A DNA stretch of 64,000 nucleotides, from contig CAYSAZ010000001.1 in NCBI GenBank assembly GCA_964429065.1, forward strand, positions 4,078 through 68,077. Direction: 5' to 3'. Made by a program: the position numbers and the translations under genes. The notes beneath the pieces are model-generated. The model searched no databases, had not been told where the DNA came from, and saw only the letters and a program-made list of their open reading frames with translations. This document shows positions 56,864 through 64,000 of the stretch, one piece after another. Within the stretch, counting starts at the first letter, position 1. Each line of letters begins with the position of its first letter. The stretch comes from an uncultured Rhodobacterales bacterium (GTDB lineage Bacteria > Pseudomonadota > Alphaproteobacteria > Rhodobacterales > Rhodobacteraceae).

Positions 56864-58433
56864 ATGCAGCCGCCATTAAGGTTTTGGTATATTCCGCCTG
56901 TGGCGCATCAAAAATCTGGTTGCTGGTTCCCGCCTCGATGATATCGCCCTGTTTCATCACCAGAACTTTATGCGACAATGCGCGCACAACTTTTAGATCA
57001 TGGCTGATAAATAGATAGGCCAGCCGGTGTTTTTTCTGCAAATCACGTAATAAATCAACGATTTGCGCCTGTACTGTCATATCAAGCGCAGAGGTCGGTT
57101 CATCCAGCACTAACAGTTTTGGGCGCAAAATCATGGCGCGGGCGATGGCGATACGTTGGCGCTGGCCCCCGGAAAATTCATGGGGGTAGCGTTCCATTGT
57201 ATCGGGTTCCAGGCCAACCTCGTGCATAATATCGACAACCATCTGGCGCACATCTTGGCCAGCTTTAACCCCATGTACCCCAAGGCCTTCGGCGATGATC
57301 TGCTCCAACGTCATGCGCGGCGAAAGAGAGCCGAACGGGTCCTGAAACACAATCTGTATATCTTTGCGCAAAGGCCGCATCTGTGCATTGTTAAAGCTTT
57401 CAATATCCTGCCCGATAAAACCTATTTTACCACTTGAGGAAATTAACCGCAGCACCGCAAGGGCAACCGTAGTTTTGCCTGAACCACTTTCGCCGACAAT
57501 CCCTAAGGTTTCGCCTTCATGGATGCTAAGATCAACTTTATTGACGGCTTTTATATGCCCAACCGTGCGCCGTAAAACCCCTTGTTTGACCGGAAACCAG
57601 ATTTTTAAATCTTGCGTTTCCAACACCGGTTTCGCCCCCGCAGGCACTGGGGCCGGTAATCCGGTCGCCCCGGCTGAGAGAAGTTTTTTGGTGTATGTAT
57701 GCTGCGGATCGGCAAATATTTCCGTCACCGGCCCGGTTTCAACCATTTTGCCGTTTTGCATAACACACACGCGATCCGCGATGCGTTGCACGATGCCAAG
57801 GTCGTGGGTTATGAACAGCATGCTCATGCCGGTATCTCGTTGAAGGTCGTGCAAAAGCGTCAAAATCTGGGCCTGAATGGTTACATCCAGCGCCGTCGTC
57901 GGTTCATCCGCGATCAGTAAATCCGGCCCGTTGGCCAGTGCCATGGCGATCATCACCCGTTGACGTTGTCCACCCGATAACTGATGGGGATAGGACAAAA
58001 GCCGGGTCTCAGGGGCGTCAATGCCGACCTTGGTCAATAGCTCCAAAATCCGCAGTTTTGCGGCCTGACCACTTAACCCTTGATGCAGGGCCAGACTTTC
58101 CATCAGTTGTTTTTGAATCGTATGCAACGGGTTAAGCGAGGTCATGGGTTCTTGAAAAATAAAGCTGATATCATTGCCGCGAATGCGGTGCAGGGTCTTT
58201 GCATCCGCGCCCAATAATTCGCCCCCGCGATAGGTTACGCTACCACTGGTTTTGGCGTTATCGGGCAACAGGGACACAGTAGAAAGTGCCGTCACCGATT
58301 TGCCAGAGCCACTTTCGCCAACAATGGCAACCGTTTCGCCTGCATGCACATCAAAACTGACATTTTGCACAACCGCACCATGCCCGGCAAAGTGGATGGA
58401 AAGGTCTTTGATGGAAAGAACAGGGGCGCTCAT
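56850..58433 (-). CDS. yejF: Fused double-ATPase ABC protein of a microcin C/peptide-type importer
   Basis: 527 aa with two complete Walker A (GESGSGKS, GESGSGKT), signature (LSGGQRQR, FSGGQRQR) and Walker B sets. Confidence 0.8.
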   Translation of the reverse strand: MSAPVLSIKDLSIHFAGHGAVVQNVSFDVHAGETVAIVGESGSGKSVTALSTVSLLPDNAKTSGSVTYRGGELLGADAKTLHRIRGNDISFIFQEPMTSLNPLHTIQKQLMESLALHQGLSGQAAKLRILELLTKVGIDAPETRLLSYPHQLSGGQRQRVMIAMALANGPDLLIADEPTTALDVTIQAQILTLLHDLQRDTGMSMLFITHDLGIVQRIADRVCVMQNGKMVETGPVTEIFADPQHTYTKKLLSAGATGLPAPVPAGAKPVLETQDLKIWFPVKQGVLRRTVGHIKAVNKVDLSIHEGETLGIVGESGSGKTTVALAVLRLISSSGKIGFIGQDIESFNNAQMRPLRKDIQIVFQDPFGSLSPRMTLEQIIAEGLGVHGVKAGQDVRQMVVDIMHEVGLEPDTMERYPHEFSGGQRQRIAIARAMILRPKLLVLDEPTSALDMTVQAQIVDLLRDLQKKHRLAYLFISHDLKVVRALSHKVLVMKQGDIIEAGTSNQIFDAPQAEYTKTLMAAAFGDA

Positions 58434-59545
58434 TGGAAGGTCTTTCTGGGATCAAACGCATCACGCACGCCTTCAAATATGAACACCAGCAGCGAGAGCA
58501 TGATGGTAAAGGTGAAAAATGCCGCGAACCCCAACCACGGGGAATTGAGGTTGGCTTTGGCTTGCAAGGTCAGCTCTCCGAGGGACGGGTAGGACGTTGG
58601 CAGCCCGAAGCCCAGAAAATCCAGTGCAGCAAGGGTGCCGATCGTGCCGGTCACGATAAACGGGAGCATGGTGATGGTGGCGACCATGGCGTTGGGTAAA
58701 ACATGGCGAAAGATGATCACGCGGTCGCGCACCCCAAGTGCTCGCGCTGCGCGGACATATTCGAAATTGCGCGCCCGCAGGAATTCAGCCCGCACCAGCC
58801 CGTCAAGCGCGCTCCAGCCAAAGGCGACAATAATCAAGACCAGCAACCAGAAGGTCATTTTGAAAATAGCCGAAATAATAATGATGATATAGAGACTGGG
58901 CAAAGAGCCCCAAACCTCGGTGAAACGTTGAAATAGCAGGTCAAAAAGCCCACCGTAATATCCTTGCGCAGCGCCGGCGATGATCCCCAAAACTGAGGTG
59001 GTGACCGTGACAACGATGGCAAAAATAATCGAAATGCGAAAGCCATAGATAATGCGGGCAAAAACATCGCGGGCCTGATTATCGGTGCCAAACAGATGAA
59101 AACGGTCCGGCGCGCTGGGCGCAGTTTTAACGTTATAGGTATCAATCGTGTTGAATTTATAAGGGATAGGTGGCCAAAGAATCCAGCCTTTGTCGGGCAC
59201 TAAAAGCGTGCCGTTTTGCACCTGGGCAATCACATCTTTTGCCCCAGACAGACCGATAAAACAACTGTCTGTCTGCCCGCCGGTTATGATCAGGCATTGC
59301 AGCTCTGGGTCTGCGTAATTGGCCTCGGTGCGGTAATCGCCGCCAAAATCCACTTCGGCATAAAAACTGAAAACCGGTGCGTATAAATCGCCCTTATAGG
59401 ATATAAGCAACGGGTGGTCATTGGCGATAAATTCGGCGAAAAGCGACAGAAAAAACAGCCCGGCGAAAACCCACAGGCTGTGATAGGCACGACGATTGGC
59501 GCGGAAATTGGATAAACGACGACGCTGTAATGTGGTGAGTTTCAT
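58430..59545 (-). CDS. yejE: ABC transporter permease
   Basis: 371 aa. Family-5-type permease with a long periplasmic loop after TM1. 4-nt overlaps on both sides. Confidence 0.7.
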   Translation of the reverse strand: MKLTTLQRRRLSNFRANRRAYHSLWVFAGLFFLSLFAEFIANDHPLLISYKGDLYAPVFSFYAEVDFGGDYRTEANYADPELQCLIITGGQTDSCFIGLSGAKDVIAQVQNGTLLVPDKGWILWPPIPYKFNTIDTYNVKTAPSAPDRFHLFGTDNQARDVFARIIYGFRISIIFAIVVTVTTSVLGIIAGAAQGYYGGLFDLLFQRFTEVWGSLPSLYIIIIISAIFKMTFWLLVLIIVAFGWSALDGLVRAEFLRARNFEYVRAARALGVRDRVIIFRHVLPNAMVATITMLPFIVTGTIGTLAALDFLGFGLPTSYPSLGELTLQAKANLNSPWLGFAAFFTFTIMLSLLVFIFEGVRDAFDPRKTFQ

Positions 59546-60630
59546 GTCTGGCGGCTCTCAAAATCGATGCGCGGGTCAATCCAGACATAGGCGAGATCCG
59601 AGACCAATTTTATGAACAGCCCCATGAGGGTAAAGAAAAACAATGTGCCGAACATCACCGGATAGTCGCGGGTTAAGGCCGCGTCAAACCCCAGCCGCCC
59701 CAGCCCGTCAAGGGAGAAAATGGTCTCGATAATCAACGAGCCGCCAAAGAACACGCCGATGAAAATTCCCGGAAAACCGGCGATGACAATCAGCATGGCA
59801 TTGCGAAACACATGCCCATAAAGCACCCGGCGTTCGGGCAGGCCTTTGGCGCGCGCTGTGATGACGTATTGTTTTTTGATTTCGTCCAGAAACGAGTTTT
59901 TTGTCAGCATGGCAAGGCCGGTAAAGGCCCCCATGCATTGGGCGGTAACCGGCAGGGCCATATGCCAGAAATAATCACCGATCTGCCCCAGCAAACTGAG
60001 GTCCGCAAAATTGTTTGACGTCAGCCCGCGCAAGGGAAATATCCGCCAATAAGAGCCACCGGCGAACAGCACCACCAACATGATTGCAAACAGAAAACCC
60101 GGGATGGCGTAGGTGGCGATCAGGATGGTTGAGCTCCAGGTATCAAACCTTGATCCCTCATGCACCGCCTTGCGAATGCCCAGCGGAATGGCGACCATAT
60201 AGGCGATCAATGTCGACCACAGGCCCAGTGAAATTGACACCGGCATTTTTTCAAGCACAAGGTCAAAAACCGAGATAGAGCGAAAATAACTTTCGCCAAA
60301 ATCAAAGGTTATGTAGTTTTTCATCATCAGGAAAAACCGTTCCAGCGGCGGCTTATCGAACCCAAACTGGATTTCCAGTTTTTCGATAAATTCTGGCGGC
60401 AGACCGCGCGCACCTTGATATGTAGAATCTTCTTCTGTTGTGGTGATTATACCTGCATCAGAGCCGTCGCCACCGATCCGGTCCAGCGGATCACCGCTGT
60501 TTTCCATCTGGGCAATGACCTGCTCAATCGGGCCGCCCGGCAAGAATTGCACCAGCGCAAAATTGATGACCATAATCCCGATCAATGTCGGAATTATAAG
60601 CAGCATGCGGCGAAGAATATAGGCGCCCAT
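59542..60630 (-). CDS. yejB: ABC transporter permease
   Basis: 362 aa. [24 protein letters not shown] start. [10 protein letters not shown] loop. Confidence 0.7.
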   Translation of the reverse strand: MGAYILRRMLLIIPTLIGIMVINFALVQFLPGGPIEQVIAQMENSGDPLDRIGGDGSDAGIITTTEEDSTYQGARGLPPEFIEKLEIQFGFDKPPLERFFLMMKNYITFDFGESYFRSISVFDLVLEKMPVSISLGLWSTLIAYMVAIPLGIRKAVHEGSRFDTWSSTILIATYAIPGFLFAIMLVVLFAGGSYWRIFPLRGLTSNNFADLSLLGQIGDYFWHMALPVTAQCMGAFTGLAMLTKNSFLDEIKKQYVITARAKGLPERRVLYGHVFRNAMLIVIAGFPGIFIGVFFGGSLIIETIFSLDGLGRLGFDAALTRDYPVMFGTLFFFTLMGLFIKLVSDLAYVWIDPRIDFESRQT

Positions 60631-60636
60631 CAGGTT

Positions 60637-62535
60637 TTAAAACGCGCCAGCTGCTTTAAGCTCGGCCGCGCGGTCCGCATCATACCACCAGAAATCAACA
60701 GTACCCAACGCATAGGGCGGCAGGTTTTCGGGGTGACGGTAGACATCCAGATAGGCCACCGTGTGCACATCCTTGAACCATTGCGGCACCCAGATATGCA
60801 GCGCCCGCAACGCCCGATCCAGCGCCCGGGTGTTGAGGTTTAGCTCTTTGCGGGTCTTTGAGGCGATGACGATATCGATCAGCGCGTCAATGGCCTCGTT
60901 TTTCAGGCCAGCAATATTGCGCGACGGTACATCGGCATTTTCGCTGCCATACCATTGTTGCAAGCCAAGCCCGGGGGTGATCGAATTCCTATAAGTTTCA
61001 ACGACCATGTCAAAATCAAAACTGCGGCGTCGTTCGGTATATTGTGCGGTGTCCACACGGGTGTGGCTGGCCTCAATACCCAGCTTTTTGAGGTTTTCCA
61101 CATAAGGGTTGATGACCCGGTCAAAGGCCAGGGAATAGTTAAGAATATCAATCGCCAGCACCGTGCCCTGGCTGTTGCGGCGCATACCATCATCGCCAAC
61201 GATCCAGCCGGCACTGTCCAGCAATTTACCCGCCGCGCGAATTTGTGCGCGATCCAGCTGCTGCGTGCCGGAGATTGGCGGAATATAGACGGTTTGGGTG
61301 AAAACGCTTTCAGGCAAGTATTCCTTGAACGGTTCCAGAATGGCGCGTTCGTCATCGGGAATCATGTCTTGGGCTTCCAGATCAGAATTCCCCCAGAAAC
61401 TTTCTACCCGTTCATAAAGGTTGAAAAACAGCGTTTCATTGGCCCATTCAAAGTTGAAAGCCAGCCCCATGGCTTCGCGCACGCGGATATCATCAAACGG
61501 GGCTTTGCGCAGGTTATAGAAAAACCCTTGGGCTTGCGCGATATTGCCGTTGGGCAGTTTATCCTTGCGCACCCAGCCTTTATCGATAGCCGGAAAATTG
61601 TAATCTTGCGCCCATTTTAAGGAGGACTTCTCTAGTCTGAAGGTGGTTTCACCGGCTTTGAAACCCTCAAATGCGGCTGTGGGATCGGCGTAATATTCGT
61701 ACCGTAACGTATCAAAATTACTGCGTCCGATGTTGATGGGCAGATCCTTGCCCCAATAATCATCGCGGCGTCGATAAATCACGGTTTTGCCAATATCCAT
61801 GCTTTCCAGAATATATTCTGACGACCCCATGGGCACATCAAGCGTGGATTTTGAAAAATCCCGCCCCGCCCACCAGGCTTTGGAAAATACGGTGCTTGAG
61901 GCGGCCTGCATCACCATATCATTGGTCTCAGATGGTTCAGTAAAAGTAAATTTCACCCGGTGTGGGCCCAAAGCTTCAACCGATAGAAAGGCTTCGGCAA
62001 AGAAAGTTTGAATAGACGGAATACCCTTTTCAGCCAGTATATTTTGTGAAAAAACCACATCATCTGCGGTAACTGGCGTGCCGTCGGAAAACTTGGCCTC
62101 AGGGCGCAGGTTGAAAATCACCCAAGCGTAATCATCAGGGTATTCCAGACTTTCGGCCAGCAAGCCATACATTGAATCCGGCTCATCGGAGGTGCCGATC
62201 ATCAGGCTTTCGAACTGGATGCTGGCCCCGGCGGCCGGGCGGCCTTTGGGGATGTAGGGGTGAAATGAATCAAATGACCCAAAGGCCCATGTGGAATATT
62301 CGCCGCCTTTTGGCGCATCAGGATTAACGTAATCAAGATGGGCGAAATCCTCGGCATATTTCAGCTCGCCAAATTTGGAGATCCCGTAAGATTTGGTGAT
62401 CGTTTCGGCGTTTAGCGTGGTTGCAAAAACAAGAAACATAAGTGCCAGCGCCAGCCCGATCCAGTTAAGGGTAAGGGATCGGGTATCGTTGCGGGCACAT
62501 ACCATAAATGCGACTTTGTTTTTTTGAGGGATCAT
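60637..62535 (-). CDS. yejA: Family-5 extracellular solute-binding protein (YejA-like)
   Basis: Start chosen at 62535 (MIPQKNK...) with GGAG upstream, then a TM/signal segment. Starts at 62550 or 62616 are also possible. Confidence 0.7.
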   Translation of the reverse strand: MIPQKNKVAFMVCARNDTRSLTLNWIGLALALMFLVFATTLNAETITKSYGISKFGELKYAEDFAHLDYVNPDAPKGGEYSTWAFGSFDSFHPYIPKGRPAAGASIQFESLMIGTSDEPDSMYGLLAESLEYPDDYAWVIFNLRPEAKFSDGTPVTADDVVFSQNILAEKGIPSIQTFFAEAFLSVEALGPHRVKFTFTEPSETNDMVMQAASSTVFSKAWWAGRDFSKSTLDVPMGSSEYILESMDIGKTVIYRRRDDYWGKDLPINIGRSNFDTLRYEYYADPTAAFEGFKAGETTFRLEKSSLKWAQDYNFPAIDKGWVRKDKLPNGNIAQAQGFFYNLRKAPFDDIRVREAMGLAFNFEWANETLFFNLYERVESFWGNSDLEAQDMIPDDERAILEPFKEYLPESVFTQTVYIPPISGTQQLDRAQIRAAGKLLDSAGWIVGDDGMRRNSQGTVLAIDILNYSLAFDRVINPYVENLKKLGIEASHTRVDTAQYTERRRSFDFDMVVETYRNSITPGLGLQQWYGSENADVPSRNIAGLKNEAIDALIDIVIASKTRKELNLNTRALDRALRALHIWVPQWFKDVHTVAYLDVYRHPENLPPYALGTVDFWWYDADRAAELKAAGAF

Positions 62536-62689
62536 TGGCGCGGTCTCCATACAGTTGTTTGCCCTATGCTTGGGCAATATAGCACAATGGTACGGTGCGC
62601 GCCCCCCTTTAGGCAAGACGCGATTGCGTTATGCCCATGTGAACACAAAAAACCCGCATCTTAGCGCGAATTTGAGGGATATTAAGGGC

Positions 62690-63205
62690 TTAACCGCCGA
62701 TAGTGGCCAGATAGGCAATCAGATTGGCGCGATCTTTTTCGCTTTTCAGGCCATTGAAACCCATCTTGGTGCCGGGCGCGTATTCTTTAGGTTTGGTCAA
62801 AAATGCATTCAAATCCTCAGGTGTCCAATTGCCACCAAGGCCGGTCAGAACCGCAGAATATCCAAAACCTTCAACCGCGGCTTTAGCGCGATCAACAACA
62901 CTAAATAAATGCGGGCCGGTGCTGTTTACACCATCTTCAATTTTGTGACAGGATTTACATTTTTTGAAAACCTTTTCACCGGCAGCGGCGTCAGCCATGG
63001 CGAACACCTCGGTGAATGTTGGCCCTGCTACCTCTTCAGTCGTTGCTGTTTCGCTCACTTCATCAACTTCGATCACATAGGCGGCCTCAGATTCGCCATG
63101 GCCACCACCGTGGTAAATTACCTCAGCCCCCCATTTCACCAATAGAAAAACCAAAAGAGAGCCGCAAACGCCGCCGACGATTTTCGTTGCTGTCATAGTA
63201 TCCAT
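62690..63205 (-). CDS. cycM: Membrane-anchored cytochrome c (c552/CycM-like)
   Basis: N-terminal TM helix, acidic linker (EVDEVSETATTEE). Class I heme site CKSCH and a distal Met region. Confidence 0.75.
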   Translation of the reverse strand: MDTMTATKIVGGVCGSLLVFLLVKWGAEVIYHGGGHGESEAAYVIEVDEVSETATTEEVAGPTFTEVFAMADAAAGEKVFKKCKSCHKIEDGVNSTGPHLFSVVDRAKAAVEGFGYSAVLTGLGGNWTPEDLNAFLTKPKEYAPGTKMGFNGLKSEKDRANLIAYLATIGG

Positions 63206-63320
63206 GGGTATTTTGACCTTTTGTGTGACCGAAATCTTATGGTAGGTGTTCTAGCCGCTTCCCCTATGGCATTGCAAGGTGTAGAAAGCGCGACGAAACG
63301 ACTGATGCAAGGTATGAGAG

Positions 63321-64000
63321 ATGAAAAATACGATTTCCTTTCAAGGAGAGCTTGGCGCATACTCGCACGAAGCCTGCGCTGAGATGTATCCGGACATGCA
63401 AGTCTTGCCGTGCAACAGCTTTGAAAGCGCCGTTGCTGCGGTGAAAGACGGGCGTGCGGATCTGGCAATGTTGCCGGTTGAAAACTCCACCTATGGTCGG
63501 GTTGCGGATATCCATCATTTGTTACCTGAAACCGGTCTACACATAATTGGTGAACAATTCGTTCGTGTGCATATTAATCTTTTGGTTATGCCAGGTGCTG
63601 GAATAAAAGATATAAAACACGCCATGAGCCACACTGTTTTATTGGGGCAATGCCGAAAATTTCTTAAGAAAAACAATATCCTGCCACGCATAGGTGTTGA
63701 TACGGCTGGCTCGGCAAAACAGGTGGCTGTTGATGATAACCCGGCGGTGGCAGCACTGGCGTCCGAATTGGCCGGTGAGATTTACGGGCTGGATGTTCTG
63801 GCGCGCCACATAGAAGATGCCGATAATAACACCACCCGTTTTCTGGTTATGGCCCCAGAGCCCGAGCGCCCCGATGCAGGGGTTGCCAATATAATGACCA
63901 CGATTGTTTTTCAGGTCCGCAACATTCCTGCCGCGCTTTTCAAAGCCATGGGTGGGTTTGCGACTAATGGGGTCAATATGCTGAAATTGGAAAGCTATAT
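63321..64000 (+). CDS. pheA: Prephenate dehydratase, 3' end outside the window (absent from the ORF track because no stop is reached)
   Basis: Own translation from the ATG at 63321 gives MKNTISFQGELGAYSHEACAEMYPDMQVLPCNSFESAVAAVKDGRADLAMLPVENSTYGRV...NNTTRFLVMAPE. GAGAG lies upstream. Confidence 0.85.
   Translation, partial: MKNTISFQGELGAYSHEACAEMYPDMQVLPCNSFESAVAAVKDGRADLAMLPVENSTYGRVADIHHLLPETGLHIIGEQFVRVHINLLVMPGAGIKDIKHAMSHTVLLGQCRKFLKKNNILPRIGVDTAGSAKQVAVDDNPAVAALASELAGEIYGLDVLARHIEDADNNTTRFLVMAPEPERPDAGVANIMTTIVFQVRNIPAALFKAMGGFATNGVNMLKLESY

Noticed and set aside
62617-62689. A T6 run preceded by a possible hairpin downstream of the cytochrome c552 gene (minus strand).
   Set aside because: I could only pair a 3-bp stem by eye, so the terminator call is not supportable without folding software.
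1-64000. A search for tRNA, rRNA, CRISPR arrays, IS elements, integrases, toxin-antitoxin pairs or recognisable defence-system genes.
   Set aside because: None was found. No intergenic region shows tRNA T-loop signatures or spaced direct repeats. No ORF has transposase, recombinase or nuclease-NTPase defence-type motifs. The EEP-family gene at 54583 sits in an ordinary housekeeping context.

Overview
This is a chromosomal, mostly housekeeping and metabolic segment. By gene content it looks like a marine Rhodobacterales-type alphaproteobacterium; supporting genes are the mcl1 malyl-CoA lyase, a SoeABC-like cytoplasmic molybdoenzyme, a membrane-anchored cytochrome c552 and a GTA-head-spike-like gene pair. 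All calls come from reading the ORF translations and the DNA by eye, and no database search was run.

Gene order, left to right:
- Copper/metal cluster: copA (5' truncated), cueR, cytochrome c, an ICMT-like methyltransferase, DUF4198 and a long HupE.
- Complete leucine catabolic operon: ivd, mccB, mccA, hmgL and methylglutaconyl-CoA hydratase.
- def, def-like and fmt.
- C-S lyase, MFS transporter and mcl1.
- A secreted Cys-rich repeat protein.
- accA, hbd, an inserted hypothetical gene, and etfAB.
- An orphan phage/GTA spike-like pair.
- PduO adenosyltransferase, a HIG1-like protein, an SDR, and an AT-rich AsnB-like PP-loop gene.
- parC, an acyl-CoA synthetase and a DMT transporter.
- soeCBA-like genes.
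- A polyamine/guanidino-amine catabolic supra-operon: two GS-like genes, potFGHI, a ureohydrolase and an FAD oxidase.
- A five-gene peptide ABC transporter, then pepF.
- An EEP nuclease/phosphatase, a DjlA-like protein and a PAT-type GNAT.
- yejABEF, cytochrome c552 and pheA (3' truncated).

I found no rRNA, tRNA, CRISPR array, transposase or integrase.

The stretches most worth a second look:
- The spike-base-like plus SGNH-esterase pair (23183-24938), together with an orphan terminator just upstream.
- The low-GC AsnB-like single-gene island (26614-28164).
- The four-repeat Cys-rich secreted protein (17375-18220).
- A catalytically degenerate deformylase paralog.
- A sharp GC drop covering exactly the three distal liu genes.
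- A perfect 20-bp palindrome in front of the liu operon.
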